Shown: positions 8,894 to 17,023, numbered from the stretch's first letter. The stretch is 64,000 nt of DNA from Gammaproteobacteria bacterium (GCA_035698525.1 DASSBR010000045.1:2290-66289); one strand, 5' to 3'. Notes: a model not told the origin generated them from the letters alone. Translations and numbers: made by a program.

Positions 8894-10020
8894 TGCGTAT
8901 CGTCATGTTCTATCACTCGCTGGTGTCTGACTGGAACCATGGCAACGCGCATTTTCTCCGCGGCATCGCGACCGAACTCATAGAGCGCGGCCATAACGTG
9001 TGCGTTTACGAACCGGCGAACGGCTGGAGCCTCAGGCACCTGCGGCAGCAACGGGGCAACGCCGCGATTGCCGCCTTTCACCAGCATTACCCGCGCCTCA
9101 AGACGCATTTTTATGAGCCTGATCGTGTTGACCTTGAACGCGCGCTGGACGGTGCCGATCTCGTGCTGGTGCACGAATGGAACGATCCGGCGCTGATCGG
9201 CCGCATCGGCCAGCACCGCGCGCGGCATCGCTACCGGCTGCTGTTTCACGACACGCACCATCGCTCGGTGTCCGACGCCGCCGGCATCGCACGCTGCAAG
9301 CTCGATGACTACGACGGCGTGCTCGCCTTCGGCGAAGCCATCCGCCAGCGCTACCTCGACGCCGGTTGGGCGCGGCACGTCTGGACCTGGCACGAAGCCG
9401 CCGACACGCGCGTATTCAAGCCGCTGCCCGACGAACCACGTGAACGCGATGTGGTCTGGATCGGCAACTGGGGCGACGGCGAGCGCGACCGGGAGCTGAA
9501 CGAATTTCTGCTCCAACCGGCCGCGGCGCTGAAACTCAGCGCGACCATCCACGGCGTGCGTTATCCGCGCCCGGTGTTGCGCAAGCTCAATGCCGCCGGC
9601 TTCGACTATCGCGGCTGGCTCCCCAACTTTGACGCGCCGCGGGCCTACGCGCGCCACCGCGTGACGGTGCATGTACCGCGCCGCCCTTACGCGCGCGCCC
9701 TCCCCGGCATCCCGACGATCCGCATGTTCGAAGCGCTGGCGTGCGGCATCCCGCTGGTCTCCGCGCCGTGGCAGGACTGCGAGCATTTATTCACGCCCGG
9801 CGAGGATTACCTGGTCGCGAAGAATGGCGCTGAAATGCGCAACCATTTGCGCACGATCCTCAACGAGCCGGAACGCGCGGCAGCGCTCGCCGCCCACGGC
9901 CGCCGCACGATTCTCGCCCGCCACACCTGCGCGCACAGGGCCGATGAACTGCTGGCGCCTGTCACACCGCAGACTGAAGAAATTCCGGACGCCCTCTCCC
10001 TAAGGAAGAGGGTTGGGTGA
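8893..10020 (+). CDS. CgeB-family (Glyco_trans_1_2 / DUF3880-like) glycosyltransferase, paralog 1
   Basis: MRIVMFYHSLVSDWNHGNAHFLRGIATELIERGH N-terminus. C-terminal RMFEALACGIPLVS...GEDYLVA...ILARHTCAHRADELL is typical of the CgeB-like family. The ATG overlaps the upstream TGA. The last ~10 codons are encoded by a degenerate REP copy. Confidence 0.7.
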   Translation: MRIVMFYHSLVSDWNHGNAHFLRGIATELIERGHNVCVYEPANGWSLRHLRQQRGNAAIAAFHQHYPRLKTHFYEPDRVDLERALDGADLVLVHEWNDPALIGRIGQHRARHRYRLLFHDTHHRSVSDAAGIARCKLDDYDGVLAFGEAIRQRYLDAGWARHVWTWHEAADTRVFKPLPDEPRERDVVWIGNWGDGERDRELNEFLLQPAAALKLSATIHGVRYPRPVLRKLNAAGFDYRGWLPNFDAPRAYARHRVTVHVPRRPYARALPGIPTIRMFEALACGIPLVSAPWQDCEHLFTPGEDYLVAKNGAEMRNHLRTILNEPERAAALAAHGRRTILARHTCAHRADELLAPVTPQTEEIPDALSLRKRVG

Positions 10021-10024
10021 GGGG
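9992..10024. repeat. Degenerate REP-like element copy
   Basis: ccctctccctaaggaagagggttgggtgagggg resembles the CCCCTCTCCC-N4-GGGAGAGGGG-N3-GGGTGAGGG family seen at 11090, 11173 and 62196. It spans the stop codon of the CgeB-like paralog 1 gene. Confidence 0.45.
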
Positions 10025-10033
10025 TGTCATGCC

Positions 10034-11212
10034 ATGAAAATCGCCTTCTTTGGTTCGAGTATCGTCTCCGCCTGGTGGAACGGCGCGGCAACCTATTACC
10101 GCGGCCTCCTCCGCGAACTGGCGGCGCTCGGCCACGACATTACCTTTTACGAACCGGCTGTTTTCGAGCGCCATCAGCACCGCGACATCGATGACCCGGA
10201 GTGGGCACGGATCGTCATTTACGCCCCGGACGATGTGCGCCGCATGCTGCACGACGCATCCGACGCCGACGTGATCGTCAAGGCCAGCGGCGTCGGCGCG
10301 AACGACGCCATGCTTGAGCGCGCCGTACTCACGCTCAAGCGACCCGACAACCAGGTCATCTTCTGGGATGTCGATGCGCCGGCCACGCTGGAGCGGCTGG
10401 AGCACGACCGGGACGATCCCTTCCGCGTGCTGGTGCCGGAGTACGACCTGGTGCTGACCTACGGCGGCGGCCCACCGGTCGTCGCTGCCTATGAGGGCTT
10501 CGGCGCGCAACGCTGCGTGCCGATTTATAACGCGCTCGACCGAACCACCCATTTCCCGGTTGAACCGGACGAACGCTTCATGGCCGATCTCGTCTTTATC
10601 GGCAACCGGCTGCCGGACCGCGAGGCGCGCGTCGACGAGTTCTTCTTCAACGCAGCCGAATGCTCGCCGCAACGACAATTCCTGCTCGGCGGCAACGGCT
10701 GGCAGGAACGCGCCGCGCCGGTCAATGTCCGCCTGCTCGGCCACGTCTATACGCGCGACCACAATGCGATTAACTCAAGCGCACTCGCCGTGCTCAACAT
10801 CAGCCGCGCGAGCATGGCGCGCGTCGGCTACTCGCCCGCAACGCGCGTGTTCGAGGCGGCCGGCGCGGGGGCATGTTTGATTACAGATGCGTGGACGGGA
10901 ATTGAAGAATTTTTTGAGCCGGGTGAGGAGATTCTGGTGGCGGAGTGCGGTGCCGAAGTTGCCGATCTGTTAAACGATCTGACTGCCGAAGATGCGCGGC
11001 GGATCGGCGACGCAGCGCTCGCGCGCGTGCGGGCGGATCATACGTATGCCAGCCGGGCCGCTGAAGTTGACGCGCTCCTCCGTTCCAGTCCCCTCTCCCT
11101 CCGGGAGAGGGCCAGGGTGAGGGTTCCCAGTAGCGACAACGCGTTGTATTACGACCGCCATCTCGAAACCGACCCTCACCCCAACCCCTCTCCCGAAGGG
11201 AGAGGGGCTTAA
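10034..11212 (+). CDS. CgeB-family glycosyltransferase, paralog 2 (3' end reads through two REP copies)
   Basis: MKIAFFGSSIVSAWWNGAATYYRGLLRELAALGH parallels paralogs 1 and 3. The C-terminal part has VFEAAGAGACLITD...GEEILVA...HTYASRAAEV. The tail SSPLSLRERARVRV...DPHPNPSPEGRGA is REP-encoded. Confidence 0.7.
   Translation: MKIAFFGSSIVSAWWNGAATYYRGLLRELAALGHDITFYEPAVFERHQHRDIDDPEWARIVIYAPDDVRRMLHDASDADVIVKASGVGANDAMLERAVLTLKRPDNQVIFWDVDAPATLERLEHDRDDPFRVLVPEYDLVLTYGGGPPVVAAYEGFGAQRCVPIYNALDRTTHFPVEPDERFMADLVFIGNRLPDREARVDEFFFNAAECSPQRQFLLGGNGWQERAAPVNVRLLGHVYTRDHNAINSSALAVLNISRASMARVGYSPATRVFEAAGAGACLITDAWTGIEEFFEPGEEILVAECGAEVADLLNDLTAEDARRIGDAALARVRADHTYASRAAEVDALLRSSPLSLRERARVRVPSSDNALYYDRHLETDPHPNPSPEGRGA
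11090..11123 (+). repeat. REP-like hairpin element (forward copy)
   Basis: cccctctccctccgggagagggccagggtgaggg: a 10-bp stem (cccctctccc/gggagaggg) plus a GGGTGAGGG tail. Near-identical to 62196-62230. Confidence 0.7.
11173..11207 (-). repeat. REP-like hairpin element (inverted copy)
   Basis: ccctcaccccaacccctctcccgaagggagagggg is the reverse-complement orientation of the same family. Together with 11090-11123 it forms a larger inverted repeat around a ~49-nt spacer. Confidence 0.7.
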
Positions 11213-11232
11213 GAGGGAGCGTCGGACAGAAA

Positions 11233-12321
11233 ATGAACATCGTCATTTTAGGCCTCTCCATCACCTCTTCCTGGGGCAACGGTCACGCCACCACCTACCG
11301 CGGCCTCGTCCGCGAACTGACGCGTCAGGGCCACCAAGTCCTGTTCCTCGAACGCGACATGCCGTGGTACGCGGCCGAGCGCGATCTGCCCGATCCGCCG
11401 TTCGGCGAGACGCGTCTGTACGATTCCGTCCCCACCCTCAAGCGCAGCCACGCCGATGCGATTCGTGCCGCCGACGCCGTCATCGTCGGTTCCTACGTGC
11501 CGGAAGGCGTCACCGTCGCCGAATGGGTGCTCGACAAGGCGCGCGGCTGCGTTGCGTTTTACGACATCGACACACCGGTCACACTCGCGAAGCTCGACGC
11601 CGGCGACTACGAATACCTGGAGCCGGAGCTGTTGCCGCGCTTCGATCTGTATCTTTCGTTCACCGGCGGGCCGGTGCTCAAACGGCTGGAAAACGACTAC
11701 GGCGCGCGCCGTGCGCGAGCGCTGTATTGCTCGGTTGATCCGGAAATTCATTATCCCACCCAGGCATCCGCCCGCTGGGATCTCGGCTATCTCGGCACCT
11801 TCAGCGTCGACCGCCAGGCGCGCGTCGACCGCCTGCTGCTTGAACCGGCGCGGCGCGCGGCGCAACGACGCTTCGCGGTCGCAGGCGCGCAGTTCCCGGC
11901 GGACACCGATTGGCCGGACAACGTCGAGCATATCCAGCACATCGCGCCAGCCGCGCACGGCGGCTTTTACAATGCGCAGCGCTTTACCCTGAACGTCACC
12001 CGCGATGCGATGATCGCCGCCGGGTTCGCGCCGAGCGTGCGCCTGTTCGAAGCAGCCGCCTGCGCCGTGCCGGTCATCTCCGACCGCTGGAACGGACTCG
12101 ACACGTTCTTTGAGCCTGAACGGGACATTCTGATCGCGGAAGATACGGACACTGTACTCGACTATCTGGACGAGTTGCCGGAACGGGAGCGCAAGGCGAT
12201 CGGCCTGCGCGCACGCGAGCGGGTGCTTGCCGCCCATACGGCCGCCCATCGCGCGCACGAACTGGTCGAATATCTGCGGTCAAGCCTGCCGCGTCGCGTT
12301 GCCAGCGCTGCAGCGCAATGA
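11233..12321 (+). CDS. CgeB-family glycosyltransferase, paralog 3
   Basis: MNIVILGLSITSSWGNGHATTYRGLVRELTRQGH; LFEAAACAVPVISD...ERDILIA...VLAAHTAAHRAHELV. Confidence 0.7.
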   Translation: MNIVILGLSITSSWGNGHATTYRGLVRELTRQGHQVLFLERDMPWYAAERDLPDPPFGETRLYDSVPTLKRSHADAIRAADAVIVGSYVPEGVTVAEWVLDKARGCVAFYDIDTPVTLAKLDAGDYEYLEPELLPRFDLYLSFTGGPVLKRLENDYGARRARALYCSVDPEIHYPTQASARWDLGYLGTFSVDRQARVDRLLLEPARRAAQRRFAVAGAQFPADTDWPDNVEHIQHIAPAAHGGFYNAQRFTLNVTRDAMIAAGFAPSVRLFEAAACAVPVISDRWNGLDTFFEPERDILIAEDTDTVLDYLDELPERERKAIGLRARERVLAAHTAAHRAHELVEYLRSSLPRRVASAAAQ

Positions 12322-13061
12322 ACGATCTCGCGACCCTCCAGTCGCCCGGCGCCTCGCCGCCGGGTCCGCTGGGCGACCAGTTGCAGCGCCTCGGCCCCTG
12401 GTTTCACAACCTGCATCTGCCGGGCGGCGTGCAAACGGCGCCCGATCATCCGCTGGGCGATTTTCCAAAGTTCAAATGGAAGGAAATCGCACCGCACCTG
12501 CCAAACGATCTACACGGCTGGCGGGTTCTCGACATCGGCTGCAACGCCGGCTTCTACAGTTTTGAACTTGCGCGCCGTGGTGCCAACGTGGTCGGCATCG
12601 ACGAAGATCTGCACTATCTCCGCCAGGCCCGATGGGTGCGGCGGCGCTTTGGCCTCGGCGAATGCGTCCGCTTCCGCCAGATGAGTGTTTACGAACTGTC
12701 GGGCTGGCAGGAAAGTTTCGACATGGTGCTGTTCCTCGGCGTGTTCTACCACCTGCGTTATCCGCTGCTGGCGCTCGACCGGATCGCGGCGAGAACGCGC
12801 CGCATGCTCGTGTTTCAGAGCCTGCGACTCCCCGGCGAGGCAGTGGCGACGGATGTGAAGGGTAAGGCGTATCTCGAAATTGACGATCTGGCGAAGCCGG
12901 ACTGGCCGCGCATGGCATTCGTGGAACATGACTTCGCCGGCGATGCGAGTAACTGGTGGATTCCGAATCGGGCGGCGATGGAGGCGCTGTTGCGGAGCGC
13001 GGGATTTAATATCGTCGCATCGCCTGCCAAAGGAACTTACGTTTGCGAGCCGAAGCGTTAG
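12318..13061 (+). CDS. Class I SAM-dependent methyltransferase, CmoB/DUF1698-like
   Basis: ATGA overlap with the upstream gene. WFHNLHLPGGVQT...WRVLDIGCNAGFYSFELARRGANVVGID (SAM motif I), FDMVLFLGVFYHLRYPLLAL, WWIPN, all typical of the CmoB-like/DUF1698 family. Confidence 0.7.
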   Translation: MNDLATLQSPGASPPGPLGDQLQRLGPWFHNLHLPGGVQTAPDHPLGDFPKFKWKEIAPHLPNDLHGWRVLDIGCNAGFYSFELARRGANVVGIDEDLHYLRQARWVRRRFGLGECVRFRQMSVYELSGWQESFDMVLFLGVFYHLRYPLLALDRIAARTRRMLVFQSLRLPGEAVATDVKGKAYLEIDDLAKPDWPRMAFVEHDFAGDASNWWIPNRAAMEALLRSAGFNIVASPAKGTYVCEPKR

Positions 13062-13747
13062 GGAACAAGAAGGTTGTCGGGGCGCACGTCCAATTGCTCC
13101 AGCCGCTGCGCCAGCAACTCCGGAAACCGCTTGTACCACGTCGCGTTGAGCGGCGACGGATGCGGCAGCGGATAAAGCCTCACCTGGCGCGACTCGCCGT
13201 CCGCCGACAACGCCACCTTCATCGTCGCCGTGTAACGATCCTCCCGCTGCCAGAAGGCGTCCAACGCCGCTCGCTCCTGCCGCGCTTTGCCGATGCCGAA
13301 CCAGAAAAACGCTTCCCGTCCGAGGACGATGATGTCCGCGCCGCGCCAGTGCTTCAGCAGCACTTCCATCATCAAATCGCAGAAGTTGCGTTTCACGCGC
13401 ATCGGCCAGGCTTTGTTGCCCACCGGCTTGTACGGAACAGTATTGGCCCAGAAGAAATGCCGGCCGACTTCGACCGACGCGGCAAAGTCCGGCATCTCGC
13501 GCCCGTATAGATACCGGTACGCCGCCGCGCGCACCTTTTGCCCGCCGGCACCGATGAACGGCATGCCGTGGCGCACCTCGTCGCCGCCGGGATCGCGTCC
13601 GAAAAAGGCAATGCGCGCGTTGGGGTCGCCGAGGCCGATGATCGGCTCCAGCGGGTCCTTGTTGAATTTCGCGTAGACAGCCTTGTCGATGTTCGCCAGT
13701 TCGCCGCCCTGCCGGCGAAATGCAGCGCGCAGCCTGTCGTCGATCAC
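13058..13747 (-). CDS. Uracil-DNA glycosylase superfamily protein (non-canonical motifs)
   Basis: Motif A-like FFGRDPGGDEVRHGMPFIGAGGQ and motif B-like LYPLPHPSPLN. Start set to the GTG at 13747, which forms a GTGA overlap with the GST stop; the track ORF start at 13879 would overlap the GST gene by 136 nt and has no better support. Confidence 0.6.
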   Translation of the reverse strand: MIDDRLRAAFRRQGGELANIDKAVYAKFNKDPLEPIIGLGDPNARIAFFGRDPGGDEVRHGMPFIGAGGQKVRAAAYRYLYGREMPDFAASVEVGRHFFWANTVPYKPVGNKAWPMRVKRNFCDLMMEVLLKHWRGADIIVLGREAFFWFGIGKARQERAALDAFWQREDRYTATMKVALSADGESRQVRLYPLPHPSPLNATWYKRFPELLAQRLEQLDVRPDNLLVP

Positions 13748-14439
13748 CGCTTCTGATATTGCATCGCGCCGAACATGATTTCCTTTTCCTGCTCGGTCAT
13801 GCCGCCTTCGCGCCTGTGCTCCTGCAGCACTTCGAGCCCGCGCTTCACCGCCGGGCGCTCGCCGACCTTCTCGAACCACGCCTTGACGTGCGGATAATCG
13901 TCCATCGGGAGGCCTTCCTTTTCATGGCCGCGCAGCCACGGCCAGATCGCGATGTCGGCGATCGTGTACTCGTCGCCGGCAAAATACGGCACTTGTGACA
14001 AGCGTTTGTCCATGACGCCGTAAATGCGCTTGCCTTCGTTCGTGTAGCGGTCGATTGCGTACTGGATTTTATCCGGCGCGTAATCGCGGAAATGATGAAT
14101 CTGCCCGATCATCGGCCCGACATGACCGACCTGGAAACACAGCCACGACAACATCTCGACGCGGGCGCGCGGATCGGCGGGTATGAAACGGCCGGTTTTT
14201 TCAGCGAGGTACGTCAGGATCGCACCCGACTCAAAGATGGAGATCGGATTTTTACCCGGTCCGTCCTGATCAACAATGGCCGGAATCTTGTTGTTGGGAC
14301 TGATCTTCAGGAACGCCGGCTTGAACTGGTCGCCTGCGCCGATGTCAACCGGGTGCGCCTCGTAGGCGAGCCGGGTCTCCTCCAGCATGATATGAGCTTT
14401 ATAGCCGTTCGGAGTCGTCCATGAATACAGGTCGATCAA
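13744..14439 (-). CDS. yfcG: Nu-class glutathione S-transferase (YfcG-like disulfide reductase)
   Basis: MIDLYSWTTPNGYKAHIMLEE...FLKISPNNKIPAIVDQDGPG...SIFESGAILTYLAEKTG...ADIAIWPW aligns by eye along its full length with E. coli YfcG. Confidence 0.8.
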   Translation of the reverse strand: MIDLYSWTTPNGYKAHIMLEETRLAYEAHPVDIGAGDQFKPAFLKISPNNKIPAIVDQDGPGKNPISIFESGAILTYLAEKTGRFIPADPRARVEMLSWLCFQVGHVGPMIGQIHHFRDYAPDKIQYAIDRYTNEGKRIYGVMDKRLSQVPYFAGDEYTIADIAIWPWLRGHEKEGLPMDDYPHVKAWFEKVGERPAVKRGLEVLQEHRREGGMTEQEKEIMFGAMQYQKR

Positions 14440-14480
14440 TTCGCTCTCCCGCGCCGTAAAGGATCAAGGATAACACGCGG

Positions 14481-15389
14481 TTATTTGCGCCGATCTTCCG
14501 CCACGTCCGCCTCGATCGCGACCTGTTGTTCGACAGCCGAATTGAACTCCGCCCCAACCAGCACGATCAGCGCCGAAATGTACAACCACAACAACAGCAC
14601 GACCACCGTGCCGACGGTGCCATAGACCTTGTTGTAATTCGCAAAGTGCGAGACGTAGAGCGAAAACAGTGCCGAGCCGATCAGCCACAGAATCGTTGCA
14701 GCGATCGACCCGTACACAACCCACCGCCACGCCGGCCGGCAGCGATCGGGCGCAAAGCGATACATGATGGCGACGCCGCCGAATATCAGCACGGCCAGAA
14801 CGGGCCAGCGAATCGCCGAAATGCCTTCGCGGAAAGCCGGGCCGAGGTGAAACTGGCCGAGCAGCGCTGGAATCACGACCACGCATACGAGCGCGACGAT
14901 CGCAAACAGAATCGACCCGATCGTGAACAGCAGGCTCAGACCCGCGCGGCGCAGGAATGTACGGGTTTCGCGTTCGCCGTAGGCGATGTTCAGGGCCTTG
15001 ATGATTGCCTGCGCGCCCTGGCGCGCACTCCAAAGCGTGAGCAGGAAACCAACGATGACGCTGATGCCCAGCGCACCGGCGGAACCGGATCCGGCGAGCG
15101 AGTGCGCCTGCCCCTGCAACAGGCTGGCCACGTTGCCGGGCAGCATGCCTGAGGACAGCAACTGCTGGACGTCGGCCGGATCGGCAATCAGCCCGTAGAC
15201 CGAAATCAGCGCCGTCAACGCTGGAAAGATGCCGAGCATGCCGTAAAACGCCACGCCAGCGGCAACCAGCGTCAGATTGTGCTCGCCGACGCCGCTGATG
15301 GTGCGTTTGAGCGCGGCCCGCCAGCCCGCCTTGGAGATATCGCGAGGCCGCGCGCCGGGCACGGTGCTACCGACTTTTTTGCGCAACAT
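14481..15389 (-). CDS. YihY/BrkB family inner-membrane protein
   Basis: Multi-TM protein with LVAAGVAFYGMLGIFPAL and LLWLYISALIVLVGAEFN, typical of the YihY family. Start chosen at MLRKKVGS (15389; 15401 also possible); the longer track ORF has an implausible N-terminal extension. Confidence 0.75.
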   Translation of the reverse strand: MLRKKVGSTVPGARPRDISKAGWRAALKRTISGVGEHNLTLVAAGVAFYGMLGIFPALTALISVYGLIADPADVQQLLSSGMLPGNVASLLQGQAHSLAGSGSAGALGISVIVGFLLTLWSARQGAQAIIKALNIAYGERETRTFLRRAGLSLLFTIGSILFAIVALVCVVVIPALLGQFHLGPAFREGISAIRWPVLAVLIFGGVAIMYRFAPDRCRPAWRWVVYGSIAATILWLIGSALFSLYVSHFANYNKVYGTVGTVVVLLLWLYISALIVLVGAEFNSAVEQQVAIEADVAEDRRK

Positions 15390-15525
15390 TGATGAGTGCA
15401 TTCCCTTGCCGGATATCGCGCGGGCCTCCGCCGCGCGCGAACTCTTGCTGGAGCGTTTCCACCGTAGCGCGGCGAGGTTGCTGCAACGTTGCGCTACGTC
15501 ACGGACTCGAGGGGCCGAAAGAAAA

Positions 15526-15972
15526 TCAGCTACGAAATTGCTGCCCCACTTCGACCAGCAGCCGACGAAGATCGCGGCTTGCGCCGGCGGCAACGCCCAG
15601 CGCAAGTCCTAGCGCGACAGCACCTTTCGGATGGCTGAAGATTGAGCGGCTGATATCTGAATCCAGGCGGGTATCGATCTCGGTTTCGATCTGATCGGCC
15701 CACGTTTGCGGATCCTTGAAGCGGTTGACCTGATGCTTGAGCCCATGATGCCAGCGGGTGAACGCGCCGACAATCATCGTGAACAAGCCCGCGCCAATGA
15801 ACGCCCCGCCGCCGGTTGCGAGTGCAGACGCCCACGGCGGCAGGCCGAACGCGGCGATGAGACCGCGATACAAGGCGTAGGCGAGAAACGCCACCCCCGC
15901 CATCGCGATGAGAATCGAAGTGCCTGTTACCGTAATCGCGACAGCAATCGGCAAAGGCCTTTTTTTAGCCAC
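15526..15972 (-). CDS. YqjE-like (holin-X/phage_holin_3_6-type) small membrane protein
   Basis: 148 aa with two long hydrophobic helices, immediately downstream of a YqjD/ElaB-like gene as in the E. coli yqjD-yqjE arrangement. Confidence 0.5.
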   Translation of the reverse strand: MAKKRPLPIAVAITVTGTSILIAMAGVAFLAYALYRGLIAAFGLPPWASALATGGGAFIGAGLFTMIVGAFTRWHHGLKHQVNRFKDPQTWADQIETEIDTRLDSDISRSIFSHPKGAVALGLALGVAAGASRDLRRLLVEVGQQFRS

Positions 15973-15984
15973 GACCGCAGCCGG

Positions 15985-16260
15985 CTATTTTCGGTCGAGA
16001 AGTTTGCCGAGCACAAAGCCAACGCCGAAGGCCGTCAGCACGCTGATCAGCGGGCGTTCCTCGATCTGTTCCTCGACGGCGGCGGCGCCGCGCTCGGCCT
16101 GGTGGCGCACTTTTTCGCCTGCCTCGCGCGCCCTTGCGTAGCCCGCGCGGGCCTGCGATTCAGCCTGGCGCTTGATCGATTCGGCGAGCGATTTGATGTC
16201 GGATCTGAGCGCATCCACATCGCCCTTCAGCGCGTGGATGTCCTTTTCGTGGTCGGCCAT
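15985..16260 (-). CDS. DUF883 family membrane-anchored ribosome-associated protein (YqjD/ElaB/YgaM-like)
   Basis: 91 aa: a coiled, charged N-terminus (DIHALKGDVDALRSDIKSLAESIKRQ) and a C-terminal anchor RPLISVLTAFGVGFVLGKLL, as is typical for ElaB/YqjD. Confidence 0.7.
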   Translation of the reverse strand: MADHEKDIHALKGDVDALRSDIKSLAESIKRQAESQARAGYARAREAGEKVRHQAERGAAAVEEQIEERPLISVLTAFGVGFVLGKLLDRK

Positions 16261-16396
16261 ATGGCAACCTCCATGTTCATTCGTTGTACGTCCATGTTCC
16301 CTGAATGTTCAGGATATTACTTTTATAGCACAGCGTCAGGAACGTGGCTATTGTGCTAGAGTTTGCCCGACCATGGAAACCGCAAGGCTGAAGACG

Positions 16397-16810
16397 ATGC
16401 GATGGATCATTGCCGCCCTGGCGACAGGTGCCGTGTTGCTGACCGCCGGTTGCGGAAACTGGGTTGAAGTCAAACCCGCCGCCCGCGACGTCACCGTACT
16501 CGATCTTTCCCAGGCAGCGAACTGCCAGCGTCTCGGGACCAGCAGTGCCGCCGTTCAGCAAAACGCCGGCTTCTTTGCCCGCAACCCGCAGGCGGTCGAC
16601 GCGGACCTCGTCAACCTCGCCCGCAACGACGCGGTCAAGATGGGCGGCAATGCGGTCGCTGCCCTCGAGCCGAGAAGCCAGGGGCATCAGCGTTTCGGCA
16701 TCTATCGCTGCGGCGCCGAACAGCTCAGCCGTCGCGCCAATGCGGAACAGCCCGCCAATGACGACGACGTCACGGGCATCAAGACCATTCCTTACCAGCC
16801 ACCGCAGTAA
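16397..16810 (+). CDS. Lipoprotein, DUF4156-like
   Basis: MRWIIAALATGAVLLTAGC lipobox. C-terminal ARNDAVKMGGNAVAAL...FGIYRC resembles DUF4156. An alternative ATG lies at 16373. Confidence 0.55.
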   Translation: MRWIIAALATGAVLLTAGCGNWVEVKPAARDVTVLDLSQAANCQRLGTSSAAVQQNAGFFARNPQAVDADLVNLARNDAVKMGGNAVAALEPRSQGHQRFGIYRCGAEQLSRRANAEQPANDDDVTGIKTIPYQPPQ

Positions 16811-16831
16811 ATTCAGGTCTTATTCGCTGCG

Positions 16832-16858
16832 GAAGATTGTCAGAAAGTGACAATCTTC
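16832..16858. promoter_or_regulatory. Perfect 11-bp-arm palindrome containing TGTC/GACA, ~95 nt upstream of the pilA sigma-54 promoter (candidate PilR-type UAS or terminator of the lipoprotein gene)
   Basis: gaagattgtca-gaaag-tgacaatcttc. A second small palindrome, ccgcc-tgtca-ggcgg, lies at 16890-16904. Confidence 0.3.
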
Positions 16859-16936
16859 GTCACCTCAACTGCGAACTGCATCACGTTTTCCGCCTGTCAG
16901 GCGGCTTGAACCGGCCACATTAGCCCCCGCCAAACT

Positions 16937-16952
16937 TGGCACGATACTTGCT
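16937..16952 (+). promoter_or_regulatory. Sigma-54 (-24/-12) promoter of pilA
   Basis: TGGCAC-gatac-TTGCT matches the TGGCAC-N5-TTGCW consensus exactly, 72 nt upstream of the pilA ATG. Type IVa major pilin genes are classically RpoN/PilR dependent. Confidence 0.7.
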
Positions 16953-17023
16953 TGGTATATGGACCAAGAAGCGGAGGTGAGCCGTTTCTAACTATTTTTT
17001 CACCACGGTTTGGGAGTGGGAGC

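Noticed and set aside
10881-11279. Minus-strand ORFs of 132 aa and 69 aa spanning the CgeB paralog 2/3 junction
   Set aside because: They are read through the two REP copies (the PSPGGRGD/PLPEGEGT type of peptide that REP hairpins typically generate) and antisense to real genes.
14526-15152. 208-aa plus-strand ORF, plus the 189-aa minus-strand ORF at 14464-15033
   Set aside because: Both overlap the YihY/BrkB gene, whose frame gives a coherent multi-TM protein. The alternatives are Arg/His/Gln-rich and non-hydrophobic.
16261-16396. Repeated tccatgttc / aatgttc motifs and the cctgaa-tg-ttcagg palindrome (16300-16313) in the divergent yqjD-like/lipoprotein intergenic region, considered as an operator
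   Set aside because: The motifs are short, and the first copy overlaps the yqjD-like start codon context. I cannot distinguish them from chance without comparative data, so I noted them only.
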